A stretch of DNA of 62,113 bases, filler included. It is 7 parts of 7 records of this genome, joined end to end, with 100 filler letters (N's around TTAATTAATTAA, not from the genome) between each part and the next. Parts side by side here need not be neighbours in the genome. Positions count along the whole stretch, not along the records: positions 34,088 to 49,104 come from SRR2962707_2415; 6 more parts are not named here. The stretch is one strand, 5' to 3'. Shown piece by piece: positions 34,529 to 44,743 of the stretch. A program made the position numbers and the translations under genes. The notes under the pieces were generated by a model that had not been told where the DNA came from, ran no database searches, and saw nothing but the letters and a program-made list of their open reading frames with translations. The first letter of the stretch is position 1. Each line of letters begins with the position of its first letter.

Positions 34529-35914
34529 ATGCCAAGAGCACCGCAAGCTCGCCGGAAAATGTATGTCCTCGACACCAACGTCCTGATTCACGACCCGAAT
34601 GCCCTCCTGAACTTTGAAGAACATGATGTCATCATTCCGATGACCGTCCTCGAAGAGCTCGACAGCCTGAAATCCGGCAAACAGACGGTTGCTGCCGACT
34701 GCCGCCAGGCCATTCGTAACATCGACAAACTGCTGGGTGATGCCAGCCCCAAGGACATCGAGAAAGGCGTGCCGATTCTGCGCGGCAAGAAAGCGGACCC
34801 ACTGGGCACCCTCTCAATCATCATGAGCACCGAAGGTGCCGGCAATCATTCCCTGCCGGAGCACCTGAACGACAACAAGATCATCAACACCCTCGCCGCC
34901 CTGCAGGCACGCCACAAGTCACGGGATATCATCCTGGTCAGTAAAGACATCAACATGCGGTTAAAGGCCCGCGGCTTTGGTGTCGAAGCCCAGGACTACC
35001 ACAACGACCAGCTACTTGACGACATTGACCTGCTGCCCAAGGGCTACAAGGAGTTCCCGAACTCGTTCTGGGACGGTATCGCCAAGGTGGAAACCATCCA
35101 GCGGGAGGGAGTGACGGAACACCTGCTCAAACGCGAAGGGGAACTGGCGAAACTGAACATCAACGAGTTCGTGATTGACGAGCAGGGCTTCATCGGCAAG
35201 GTCGTTGATATCTCCGAGGACCAACTGGTGCTCAAGGATCTGCACCAGCATGACCTGATGAATGAAGAAGTCTGGGGCCTGGTGCCCAGGGATATCTATC
35301 AGGCCATGGCCCTGAACCTGTTACTGGACCCCGACATCCACCTGGTGAACCTGACCGGCTCGGCGGGTTCCGGTAAAACCATTCTGGCCCTGGCCGCTTG
35401 TATTGAAATGACCGTGGCCAGCAAACTCTACAAACGCATCATCGCGACCCGCTCTACCCAGGGCCTGGATGAGGATATCGGTTTCCTGCCCGGTACCGAA
35501 GCCGAGAAAATGGAACCCTGGCTGGGTGCGATCGTGGACAACCTGGAAGCTTTGCACGAAGACGATGAGAACATGACCGCCAGCGTCGACTACATCCTCA
35601 GCAAAGTGCCTCTGCACTTCAAATCCATGAACTACATCCGGGGCCGCAGCTTCCAGCACAGCCTCATCATCATCGATGAATCACAGAACCTGACCCCGCA
35701 CCAGATCAAGACCATCATCACCCGGGCCGGTAACGGCTCCAAGGTGATCTGCCTGGGCAACCTGGCGCAGATAGACACCCCCTATCTGAGCCCCCTGAGT
35801 TCCGGCCTGACCTACATGACTGAGCGCTTCAAGGGCTTCCGCCACGGCGGTCACATCCATCTGCAAGGCGTGCCCCGTTCGGTACTGGCAGAATTTGCCG
35901 AAGCCAATCTGTAG
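34529..35914 (+). CDS. PIN-domain PhoH-family ATPase (PhoH2-type)
   Basis: PIN motifs YVLDTNVLIHDP, VLEELD, NDNKI, SKDINMR. P-loop GSAGSGKT, GFLPG, YIRGRS, DESQNLT. Confidence 0.92.
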   Translation: MPRAPQARRKMYVLDTNVLIHDPNALLNFEEHDVIIPMTVLEELDSLKSGKQTVAADCRQAIRNIDKLLGDASPKDIEKGVPILRGKKADPLGTLSIIMSTEGAGNHSLPEHLNDNKIINTLAALQARHKSRDIILVSKDINMRLKARGFGVEAQDYHNDQLLDDIDLLPKGYKEFPNSFWDGIAKVETIQREGVTEHLLKREGELAKLNINEFVIDEQGFIGKVVDISEDQLVLKDLHQHDLMNEEVWGLVPRDIYQAMALNLLLDPDIHLVNLTGSAGSGKTILALAACIEMTVASKLYKRIIATRSTQGLDEDIGFLPGTEAEKMEPWLGAIVDNLEALHEDDENMTASVDYILSKVPLHFKSMNYIRGRSFQHSLIIIDESQNLTPHQIKTIITRAGNGSKVICLGNLAQIDTPYLSPLSSGLTYMTERFKGFRHGGHIHLQGVPRSVLAEFAEANL

Positions 35915-35917
35915 GTT

Positions 35918-36925
35918 TCAGTGCGCCCCCTGTTTGCGCCAGCGAGCCGGGGGCATGCCAGTCCAGCGATGGAATGCCCGGTAAAAGGTACTGGCCTCTG
36001 CAAATCCGAGCGATAAAGCGATCTCTGCCAGGGACAACCCCGATTCCCGCACCGCCGCCAGGGCGAGCTCCCGGCGCACCTCGTCCAACAAGCTGTTGAA
36101 CGTATAGCCCTGTGCCTCCAGCCGACGGGCCAACGTGCGTTCACTAAGGCCCAACATCCTGGCCGCTTCTGCCCGTCGTGGAAGGTTTGGCCCCATCCGG
36201 GCGACCAGCCATTGTCGAAGATCCTCTGCCGACACAGCGCCCTTTTCCAGCGCCGCCAGCCGCCCTGCATTGTACTGTTCATGTACACGGGCAAGGGCCG
36301 GATCTGCCTGTGGTAAAGGCCTGTCCAGCACCTCATTACCCACCAGCAAACCACTGAACGCCTGCTCGAACTCCACCGGGCAACCAAACACCTCCCGGTA
36401 CCCTGACAGCGGCCCCAGACGGGCCTGACTGAATTGCACTCGCACAGGCCCAACCGCAGAACCGGCAATCCAGTCGGTCAGGCTGACCACGGCCGACAGC
36501 ACCGCTTCAATCTGATGCGGACTGAACGCCAGACGCCCCTGCCGGGGGTGGTAGACAATCCAGGTGCCCCTGCTACCCGGTATCATCTGGAAGCGACCGC
36601 CATCAGAGATCAGCCGCTGGTATTTCTGGACCAGGGTGATGGCTTCGCGCAGCGTGGCGGCGCTCTGCATGGCGAAACTGACCGCATCAATACTGGCCGG
36701 CCGCACCCCGGCGCCAACTTTCAGACCAAACCCGGGATCCCGCGTGCACTGCTCCGCGGCGTGCCAGAGACGGGTAATGAAGTCGATGGGCCATCGTTCG
36801 AGAGACAGGGCCCCGGCCGGCAGACCAGCGGTTTCCAGCAACAGGTTCTCAGGAACGCCCAGATTCTTCGCGGCATCGATCACGGTATTGACCCAGCCCA
36901 TCGATACGGTGGCTTCTAACGTCAA
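35918..36925 (-). CDS. AraC-family transcriptional regulator
   Basis: C-terminal double HTH (LGLSERTLARRL; IALSLGFAEASTFYRAFHRWTGMPP). Divergent from the downstream operon. Confidence 0.92.
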   Translation of the reverse strand: MTLEATVSMGWVNTVIDAAKNLGVPENLLLETAGLPAGALSLERWPIDFITRLWHAAEQCTRDPGFGLKVGAGVRPASIDAVSFAMQSAATLREAITLVQKYQRLISDGGRFQMIPGSRGTWIVYHPRQGRLAFSPHQIEAVLSAVVSLTDWIAGSAVGPVRVQFSQARLGPLSGYREVFGCPVEFEQAFSGLLVGNEVLDRPLPQADPALARVHEQYNAGRLAALEKGAVSAEDLRQWLVARMGPNLPRRAEAARMLGLSERTLARRLEAQGYTFNSLLDEVRRELALAAVRESGLSLAEIALSLGFAEASTFYRAFHRWTGMPPARWRKQGAH

Positions 36926-37015
36926 TTATTATGGCCTCTGAAGTCAATTCAGAACCGATCATAGCGTTATATGGTCTGTAACAACAAAATCAAAAATACA
37001 ATCCGGAAACGCACC

Positions 37016-38629
37016 ATGGTGAAACCTGTTAGCTCAGACCTTTTGATTGCCGGCGGCGGACTGGCAGGCATTGTCACCGCCCTGGAAGCGCTGCGGGCTG
37101 GCAAGTCCGTAACCATTGTTGATCGTGACAGCCCCGAACGCTTCGGAGGTCTGGCGCTGTGGGCCTTTGGCGGCATGATGCTGATTGACACGCCGCTTCA
37201 GCGGCGCATGAGAATCGCCGATTCGCCGGAACTGGCGCTGAACGACTGGCTGCGTTTCGGCGAACTGGACCCGAACGATGAGTGGCCCATGCAGTGGGCC
37301 CGCTACTACGTTGAGCATTCCCGTACCGAGGTGCACGACTGGCTCGCCAACGAGGGCATCAAATTCATGCCGGCGGTGAACTGGGTGGAGCGAGGCCGTT
37401 TTGGCGATGGCAACAGCGTGCCCCGCTACCACATCACCTGGGGCACCTCCCGGGAACTGGTGCGCTGCATGGTCAATGCCCTGCACGAAGCCAGTACCGG
37501 TGGCAGACTGGCCATTCATCACCGGCACCGAATTACCGCACTCGACCATCAGGCCGGTGAGGTCTGTGGCGCCGTTGCCATCAACGAGGAAACCGGCGAA
37601 GAAGTGCGATTTGAGGCTGCGAATGTGGTGCTGGCTATGGGCGGTATCAACGGCAGCCACGCCGAGTGCCGGGCCAACTGGCCCAGACATCGGCCGCAAC
37701 CGGCCACCATGCTTAACGGTGCCCACCCGTTTGCCGATGGCAAACTGCATCACTGGGCCAAAGACCACCTTGGCGCACGCATCACTCACGCCGGCGAAAT
37801 GTGGAACTATGCCGCGGGCTTTCCCCACCCCTATCCGCATTTCCCGGGCCACGGCCTGTCTACGATACCGTGTAAATCCGCACTATGGTTGAACCACCGG
37901 GGCGAACGTATCGGGCCGGAGCCCCTGGTGACCGGCTTTGATACTCACTGGCTGTGCCAACGGGTAGCCGATCAGGAAAAACCCTGGACCTGGCACCTGC
38001 TGAACCGGCGCATCGCTCTGAAAGAATTTGCCATCTCCGGCGCTGAACACAACGCCCGCATCCGGGACAAACAATTCCCGCTGTTCCTGAAAGAACTGCT
38101 GCTGGGCAACAAACCGCTGGTGAATCAGATGCAGAACGAAAGCCGTCACTTCCTGGTGGATGACACCCTGGAAGGGCTGGCGAAGAAAATGAACGCCCTG
38201 ACCTGCTCTCTGGACATTGACGCCGCCACCCTGCAGGCCACTGCCGATGCTTTCGATGCCAATTTCAGAAAGGGCGATCAACTGAACAACGATGCCCAAA
38301 TACGCATGATACGCCACGCCCGCCAATGGGGCCCGGACCGGCTGCGTACCTGCAAACCGGCGCCACTGCAAAAACCAGGGGCCGGCCCCTTCATCGCCAT
38401 TCACATGCAACTGACCACCCGCAAGAGCCTGGGCGGCCTACGCACCGACCTGCAAAGCCGGGTAATAGATGCCAGCGGGCAACCCATCCGCGGCCTGTAC
38501 TGTGTCGGCGAAGCGGCCGGCTTTGGCGGCGGTGGCAGCAATGGCAAACGGTCACTCGAAGGCACCTTCCTGCCCGGTTGCATTCTGACGGCGCGGGCTG
38601 CCGCCCGCTCCATCATCAAGGGAAACTGA
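37016..38629 (+). CDS. FAD-binding dehydrogenase (flavocytochrome c / KsdD-like, function unknown)
   Basis: GGGLAG Rossmann motif, RKSLGGLRTD, GLYCVGEAAGFGGGG, LEGTFLPGC. Confidence 0.85.
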   Translation: MVKPVSSDLLIAGGGLAGIVTALEALRAGKSVTIVDRDSPERFGGLALWAFGGMMLIDTPLQRRMRIADSPELALNDWLRFGELDPNDEWPMQWARYYVEHSRTEVHDWLANEGIKFMPAVNWVERGRFGDGNSVPRYHITWGTSRELVRCMVNALHEASTGGRLAIHHRHRITALDHQAGEVCGAVAINEETGEEVRFEAANVVLAMGGINGSHAECRANWPRHRPQPATMLNGAHPFADGKLHHWAKDHLGARITHAGEMWNYAAGFPHPYPHFPGHGLSTIPCKSALWLNHRGERIGPEPLVTGFDTHWLCQRVADQEKPWTWHLLNRRIALKEFAISGAEHNARIRDKQFPLFLKELLLGNKPLVNQMQNESRHFLVDDTLEGLAKKMNALTCSLDIDAATLQATADAFDANFRKGDQLNNDAQIRMIRHARQWGPDRLRTCKPAPLQKPGAGPFIAIHMQLTTRKSLGGLRTDLQSRVIDASGQPIRGLYCVGEAAGFGGGGSNGKRSLEGTFLPGCILTARAAARSIIKGN

Positions 38630-38633
38630 GACC

Positions 38634-39821
38634 ATGCCTCTGAGTTATCCGGCCACCGCCGCCGATTACCAGCAACTCGCCCGCCGTAAACTGCCCCGGT
38701 TTCTGGCAGATTACCTGGACGGCGGCGCCACCGAAGAACACACCCTGCGGGCCAATGTCCGCGGCTGGCAGGATATCGCCCTGCGCCAACGTGTGCTGAT
38801 TGATGTCGATAACGTGGACACCCGCACCGAGTTGGCCGGGCAATCCTGCAGCATGCCTGTCGCCCTGGCGCCTCTGGGGCTGGCCGGAATGATGGCACAA
38901 CGGGGAGAAGCCCAGGCAGTAAAAGCCGCCAATGCGGCCGAGGTGCCTTTCACCCTCTCCACCGTTGGCATATGCCCGTTGGCAGAAGTGAAAGCAGCCG
39001 CCACGGCGCCGTTCTGGTTCCAGTTGTACATGATTCGCGACCGGGGCTACGTAGAAAACCTGCTGAAAAAAGCCTGGCATTCCGGTTGCCAGACGCTGAT
39101 CTTTACCATCGACCTGCCCCTGCCCGGCCCCCGGCATCGGGACACCCGTAACGGCCTGAACAGCGCCGGCGCCCGTTCTGTTGCGCTCAAAGCGCTGCAA
39201 CTGCTATCCAGGCCCGGGTGGCTATGGCAGGTAGCGATAAAAGGCAAACCCCTGACCTTTGGCAACCTGAGCGAGGCAGTGCCAGAGGCCAGTAACCTGG
39301 ACTCCTTCAAGCAGTGGGTCGATACCCAGTTCGATGCCTCCGTCACCTGGCAGGCCATCGAATGGCTGCGGGAACGCTGGCCAGGGAAACTGATCCTGAA
39401 AGGCATACTGGAAGTGGATGATGCCAAAGCAGCCGTCAACGTGGGTGCCGATGGCATCGTGGTGTCCAACCACGGCGGTCGCCAGCTCGACGGTGTAGCC
39501 GCCACCGCCAGCAAACTCCCGGATATCGTGGCCGCCGTCGGCAACGACACCGAAATCCTGGTGGATGGCGGCATTCGCAACGGCGTGGACGTTTTCCGGG
39601 CCCTCGCGCTGGGAGCCAACGGCGTGATGGTGGGCCGGCCCTGGGCCTGGGCCCTGGCGGCGGAAGGCCAGGCCGGATTAACCCGGCTCCTGAACACCTT
39701 GCAGCAGGAACTGAAACTGGCCATGACCCTGACCGGTGTCACCAGAATTGCCGATATCAACGAGACCCATCTCGACCGGACCAATACAAACGAATTGACC
39801 CAAGCTGGAGAACAACAATGA
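38634..39821 (+). CDS. FMN-dependent 2-hydroxy-acid dehydrogenase (L-lactate dehydrogenase-like)
   Basis: DYLDGGA, WFQLY, LILKGIL, SNHGGRQLD, DGGIRNGVD, GRP motifs. Confidence 0.92.
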   Translation: MPLSYPATAADYQQLARRKLPRFLADYLDGGATEEHTLRANVRGWQDIALRQRVLIDVDNVDTRTELAGQSCSMPVALAPLGLAGMMAQRGEAQAVKAANAAEVPFTLSTVGICPLAEVKAAATAPFWFQLYMIRDRGYVENLLKKAWHSGCQTLIFTIDLPLPGPRHRDTRNGLNSAGARSVALKALQLLSRPGWLWQVAIKGKPLTFGNLSEAVPEASNLDSFKQWVDTQFDASVTWQAIEWLRERWPGKLILKGILEVDDAKAAVNVGADGIVVSNHGGRQLDGVAATASKLPDIVAAVGNDTEILVDGGIRNGVDVFRALALGANGVMVGRPWAWALAAEGQAGLTRLLNTLQQELKLAMTLTGVTRIADINETHLDRTNTNELTQAGEQQ

Positions 39822-41476
39822 CCAACGGCGCTCAGGCACTCATGAAAACCCTGGTGGATTCGGGTGTTGAAGTCTGTTTTACCAACCCGGGCACCAGCGA
39901 AATGCATTTTGTCGCCGCCCTGGACAGCGAACCCGGAATGCGGGCGGTACTGGCCCTGTTTGAAGGCGTCGCCACCGGTGCCGCCGACGGCTACGCCCGG
40001 ATGGCGGACAAACCCGCTGCTACCCTGCTGCACCTGGGCTGTGGCCTGGGCAATGGCCTGGCGAACCTGCACAATGCACGCAAGGGTAAGGTACCGGTGG
40101 TCAACATTGTTGGCGACCATGCCACCTACCATGTGAAATACGACGCCCAGTTGCAGTCTGACATCGAAACGGTCGCTCGCAACATCTCCCCCAATTTTGT
40201 GCGCACGTCACAAAGCACAGAAGCTCTTTGCCAGGATGCCGCCGAAGCCATCACCGCCGCCCGGGGCCTGCCAGGGCAGGTAGCCACCCTGATTCTGCCG
40301 GCGGATGTGTCCTGGGGCGAAGGCGGCAAGCCTTGTGCCGCACCCACTCAACCGCAAGCGCCTGCAGCTGAAGATAGCGCTGTTAAAGCGGCCGCCGAGG
40401 CCATCAGGAGCGGTAAGACAACCGCCCTGCTGCTGGGTGGCCGCGCCCTGCGTGAGCCCGCCCTGCTGGAGGCGGCACGCATCGCCGCCCACAACGGTGT
40501 CACCCTGTTTGCCGAAACCTTCCCAACCCGCATTGAACGGGGCGCCGGCCTGCCGCCGGTGGAGCGGATCGCTTACCTGGCGGAACTGGCTACCCTGCAG
40601 CTCTCCGAGTTTGACCACCTGATTCTGGTGGATGCCAAGGCCCCGGTATCCTTCTTCGCCTATCCGGGCAAACAAAGCTACCTGGTGCCAGACAACTGCA
40701 CGGCTCACACTCTGAGCACACCGGAGCAGGATGCCACCGCCAGCCTGAAAAAGCTGGCCGATACTCTCGGTGCCAGCAATGCCCAACCCAAGCTGCAGGC
40801 GCCCGGCCGCCCCGGCCTGCCCAAAGGTAAACTCACCGCCGAAAAGGTTTGCCGGGCGGTGGGCGAACTGATGCCCGAGAACAGCATTATCGTGGATGAA
40901 GCCATCACCTCCGGCCTGATGCTGAACGCCATGACCGCAGGCTCGCCACGGCACGACCTGATCACCCTCACCGGCGGGGCCATCGGGCAAGGCATGCCCA
41001 ACGCCATCGGCGCAGCCATCGCCTGTCCGGATCGCCAGGTTTACGCACTGATCGGTGACGGCACCGCCATGTATACCAACCAGGCCCTGTGGACCATGGC
41101 GAGGGAAAATCTGAACGTGACCACCATCATCTTCAACAACGCTTCCTACTCGATCCTGAACGTAGAACTGGAACGGGTTGGCGCAGAAGAAGCCGGTGCC
41201 AAGGCGAAATCACAGCTCGACATCAGTGGCCCGGTCACCAACTACGCGTTGCTGGCCCAGAGCATGGGCGTGCACGGCACCCGGGTAACCACGGCGGAAG
41301 AGCTGATCAAAGCCATGGAATACGCCAAACACAACCCCGGCCCGCACCTGATTGAAGCGGTGGTACCGGAATCCCTGAATGGCGTAAAAAGAAAGGTGCT
41401 GCCCTGGCTGCTGAAGTCGCTGCCGAGCCTGCCAAGGCCGCTGACCAGGGCCCTGAAAAAGAAGATCGCGCCCTGA
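39818..41476 (+). CDS. ThDP-dependent enzyme (acetolactate synthase large subunit-like / 2-oxo-acid decarboxylase family)
   Basis: NPGTSE, FEGVATGAADGYAR, GDGTAMYT...NN ThDP motif. ATGA overlap with the upstream gene. Confidence 0.88.
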   Translation: MTNGAQALMKTLVDSGVEVCFTNPGTSEMHFVAALDSEPGMRAVLALFEGVATGAADGYARMADKPAATLLHLGCGLGNGLANLHNARKGKVPVVNIVGDHATYHVKYDAQLQSDIETVARNISPNFVRTSQSTEALCQDAAEAITAARGLPGQVATLILPADVSWGEGGKPCAAPTQPQAPAAEDSAVKAAAEAIRSGKTTALLLGGRALREPALLEAARIAAHNGVTLFAETFPTRIERGAGLPPVERIAYLAELATLQLSEFDHLILVDAKAPVSFFAYPGKQSYLVPDNCTAHTLSTPEQDATASLKKLADTLGASNAQPKLQAPGRPGLPKGKLTAEKVCRAVGELMPENSIIVDEAITSGLMLNAMTAGSPRHDLITLTGGAIGQGMPNAIGAAIACPDRQVYALIGDGTAMYTNQALWTMARENLNVTTIIFNNASYSILNVELERVGAEEAGAKAKSQLDISGPVTNYALLAQSMGVHGTRVTTAEELIKAMEYAKHNPGPHLIEAVVPESLNGVKRKVLPWLLKSLPSLPRPLTRALKKKIAP

Positions 41477-41483
41477 TCCAGGC

Positions 41484-41522
41484 AAAAAAAAGGCGCAGGT
41501 CACTTGCGTGACTGCGCCTTTT
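41484..41522. terminator. Bidirectional intrinsic terminator
   Basis: A-tract, AGGCGCAGGTCAC-TTGC-GTGACTGCGCCT hairpin, T-tract, between convergent genes. Confidence 0.85.
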
Positions 41523-41547
41523 CCTTCGACTGGATAGGTAACTCTGC

Positions 41548-43242
41548 TCAGACCCGGTAGCGGCTGACCTGGTCGGTCAACTCACCGGCCAGTGCCTTGA
41601 GGCGCTGGGTCGCTTCGCCGGCGCGACGGGTTCCCTGGGCAGTCTGTTCCGAGATTGCCACGATTTCGTGGACATTCTGGTTGATGGTTTCCGACACGCT
41701 GGTCTGCTCTTCCGCAGCACTGGCAATCTGGGTGTTCATATCGGTAATCGTGTTCACGGCCTGGGAAATACGCTGCAGCGCTTCGTTCACCTGGCGGGTT
41801 TCCTCCACGGTTTCCTCGCTGCGCTGGCTGATGGCGCCGATCAGCATTACCGCCTGCTGGGCACCTTTCTGCAGCCGCTCGATGGTCGCCTGGATCTCCT
41901 GAGTGCTCTTCTGGGTCCTGCTTGCCAGCGTACGTACCTCGTCGGCAACCACGGCAAAGCCACGGCCGGCTTCTCCGGCGCGAGCCGCCTCGATGGCAGC
42001 ATTCAGGGCTAACAGGTTGGTCTGGTCGGCAATCTCCCGAATAACCTCCAGCACGCTGTCGATCTGGCGGGAGTCGGTGCCCAGTTTTTCTATGACCTGA
42101 ACACCCTCTTCCACCTGTTTGGAGAGCCCGCCAATCACCTCGATGGCCTGGTAGACCAGCCCCTGGGCATCGGTTACCTGAGCGGTAGCGTGTCCAGCCG
42201 AATCCGACGCTTCACTGGCATTACCGGCCACTTCCTGGGCTGCGGCGGTCATCTCGTTCATGGCGGTGGCTACCTGATCACTTTCCGATTTCTGGCGCTC
42301 AACGCCCTGCTCGGCTTCCACCATGACCTCGTTCAACTCGCCGGTGGTAACATTCAATGTCTCGGCCGACTGGCGGACCTGGCGGACCAGCCCATGCACC
42401 TGATCCGCAAAGCTGTTGAACGCCGTGGCCAACTGGGACAGCTCATCCCTGCCCGAGACGTCAAGCCGACGGGTAAGATCCCCGTCGCCACTGGCAATGC
42501 CATTCATCGCCGTCACCGCCGACTTCAACGGACTGATAATGCCGCGAACCACTACCAGGGCAAGGAAGACAATAATGGCCAGGGCGATCAGGGAGGTGGT
42601 CACCGAGCCAATGATCGCCTCACCCAGGGAATCGCCCACCCGCTGTTCCATGGAAGCAACCTGAGATTCCAGGCCGTCAATCCAGAATCCGGTGCCGATC
42701 ATCACGCCCCATTTCGGCAGCATTTCGGCATAGCCTAACTTGGGGGCTACGTTACCGGTTTCCGGGTGTTTCCAGCCATAGGGTACATAGCCGCCACCAT
42801 TGCGCGCAGCCTCGATCAGTTCGCGAATCAGGTAGGTGCCGTTCGGGTCCTGAAAGCCCCAGAGGTTACGGCCTTCCAGGGCGGAATTGACACCATGCAT
42901 CACCGAAACACCTTCCGTGGTATAGGCGAACAGATAGCCCTCACTGCCGGAGTCGTCAAAACGCAGTTGCCGCAAGATGTCCCAGGCCTGCTGCTGGACC
43001 TCAGGATCATTGGCCGAGCCCGGCTGCTCATAAAGGTGCTGGATGGACGTTTTTGCCAGCTCCAGATAGTTGCGCAGCTCCTGGCGCTTGCTGGCCTCCA
43101 TGTCTTCCGAGAAGCTTGCAACCGCCTGCTCTCCGATCGAGCGGGCCTGATTCAGGTTGTAAGTGGTCAGCAATGCAGTCAGAACAATAACCGGCACCAG
43201 TGCCAGCAACAGCACCCTCGCCTGGATGGTCAGATTCTTCAT
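41548..43242 (-). CDS. Methyl-accepting chemotaxis protein (single Cache sensor, HAMP)
   Basis: Two TM helices, Cache-like GYLFAY...[23 protein letters not shown]...PKLGY, signalling core [31 protein letters not shown]. Confidence 0.95.
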   Translation of the reverse strand: MKNLTIQARVLLLALVPVIVLTALLTTYNLNQARSIGEQAVASFSEDMEASKRQELRNYLELAKTSIQHLYEQPGSANDPEVQQQAWDILRQLRFDDSGSEGYLFAYTTEGVSVMHGVNSALEGRNLWGFQDPNGTYLIRELIEAARNGGGYVPYGWKHPETGNVAPKLGYAEMLPKWGVMIGTGFWIDGLESQVASMEQRVGDSLGEAIIGSVTTSLIALAIIVFLALVVVRGIISPLKSAVTAMNGIASGDGDLTRRLDVSGRDELSQLATAFNSFADQVHGLVRQVRQSAETLNVTTGELNEVMVEAEQGVERQKSESDQVATAMNEMTAAAQEVAGNASEASDSAGHATAQVTDAQGLVYQAIEVIGGLSKQVEEGVQVIEKLGTDSRQIDSVLEVIREIADQTNLLALNAAIEAARAGEAGRGFAVVADEVRTLASRTQKSTQEIQATIERLQKGAQQAVMLIGAISQRSEETVEETRQVNEALQRISQAVNTITDMNTQIASAAEEQTSVSETINQNVHEIVAISEQTAQGTRRAGEATQRLKALAGELTDQVSRYRV

Positions 43243-43390
43243 GTGGTGTGTTTTCCGTGGTTGGAATGACTGTCGGAGAAGTCCGCTAAAAAAAGATTAG
43301 CAATCCTACAGAAAAACACACGACAGATTTATCGAGGAAACCTCGTAGTTTGTAAAACCAGTGCAACCAGGGCGTTATCTTTTGTAACGG

Positions 43391-44743
43391 TCAGTCCTTG
43401 AACTCGGCTTTGTCCAGCCCGTGTTTCTTCATTTTGTCATACAGCGTCTTGCGGGCAATCCCGAGCTGAACCATGGTGTCCTTGATGCTACCGTGGCAGG
43501 CGTTCAGAGCACTGACAATAGCCGAGCGTTCAAAGCCATCCATCATTTCCGACAACGTCTGCCGGCTGGCAATGTTCGGTCCGCTGGCGGAATCCCCTTC
43601 GGCCAGGGCTGCCGGGCCCAGCAAGACATATCGCTCAGCCAGGTTACGCAGTTCCCGAACGTTGCCGGGCCAGGAATGCTGCATCAGCCGGGCAGCCTGA
43701 CGTGCGTCCAAAGGCACACTCTCGCGGTCATAGCGAGCGGCAGCAATCAGCACAAAGTGATGGAACAGTTTGGGGATGTCTTCCTTTCGCTCCCGCAACG
43801 GCGGAATATCCACTTTCACCACATTCAGTCGGTAATAAAGGTCGGACCGGAATTCTCCCTTGTCACTCAGTTCCTTCAGATCGGATTTGGTGGCGGCGAT
43901 AATACGTACGTCCACGTCAACGACCTGGTTGCTGCCAAGCCGCTCAACCCGTTGCTCCTCAAGAACCCGGAGCAGTTTTATCTGCAACGGCATGGGCATA
44001 CTTTCCAGCTCATCCAGGAACAGGGTTCCCCGATGAGCGTGTTCTATCTTGCCAACACGTCGTTTGTCAGCACCTGTGAAGGCACCGGCCTCGTGCCCGA
44101 ACAGCTCGCTTTCGATCAGATTCTCGGGTACAGCGCCGCAATTGATCGCAACAAAATTGTGGCTGCTGCGTGGACTGTTTTCATGGATATATCTGGCCAG
44201 CGCGTCCTTACCGGACCCCGTCTCACCATGAAGGAGCACGTTTGCGGAGATATCCAATACCGGATCAATGGTCGCCATCACCCGTTGCATAGCCGGCGAA
44301 TCGCCCAGCATCCGGGGGCCGGGGCGGGCAAGGTGTCGGAGCTGAGCTTTCAGCCGCCGGTTCTCAAGCGCCAGATGCCGTTTCTCAAGGGCATGCCGCA
44401 GAAGTTCAATCAACTCCTCGTGATCAAACGGTTTCTCGATGAAATCGTAGGCACCCTGCTGCATGGCCGATACCGCCGTGCTGATATCGCCCTGACCAGT
44501 CAGCAGAATGACCGGAATATCTTCATCAATCTGCCGGATGCGCTGCAACACATCCAGGCCGTCCATGCCCGGCATGTTGTAATCACACAGGACGATGCCC
44601 TCAAAATCCGGATGAACCTCCTGCAAAGCTGAGGCTCCATCCGCAAAACAGGCCACCGGGATATCCTCCAGCTCCAGGGTCTGTTCCATCAGTGGCCGGA
44701 TATCCGGGTCGTCATCGACAAAAATGACTGAAGCGGTTGTCAT
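43391..44743 (-). CDS. Sigma54-dependent response regulator, DctD-like
   Basis: Receiver domain, GETGSGKD, GAFTGA, LFLDE, WPGNVREL, Fis-type HTH. Confidence 0.93.
   Translation of the reverse strand: MTTASVIFVDDDPDIRPLMEQTLELEDIPVACFADGASALQEVHPDFEGIVLCDYNMPGMDGLDVLQRIRQIDEDIPVILLTGQGDISTAVSAMQQGAYDFIEKPFDHEELIELLRHALEKRHLALENRRLKAQLRHLARPGPRMLGDSPAMQRVMATIDPVLDISANVLLHGETGSGKDALARYIHENSPRSSHNFVAINCGAVPENLIESELFGHEAGAFTGADKRRVGKIEHAHRGTLFLDELESMPMPLQIKLLRVLEEQRVERLGSNQVVDVDVRIIAATKSDLKELSDKGEFRSDLYYRLNVVKVDIPPLRERKEDIPKLFHHFVLIAAARYDRESVPLDARQAARLMQHSWPGNVRELRNLAERYVLLGPAALAEGDSASGPNIASRQTLSEMMDGFERSAIVSALNACHGSIKDTMVQLGIARKTLYDKMKKHGLDKAEFKD

Noticed and set aside
34529-35914. PIN-PhoH as a novel toxin or defence system
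   Set aside because: PIN-PhoH fusions are a widespread chromosomal family, and no antitoxin or defence context is visible here.
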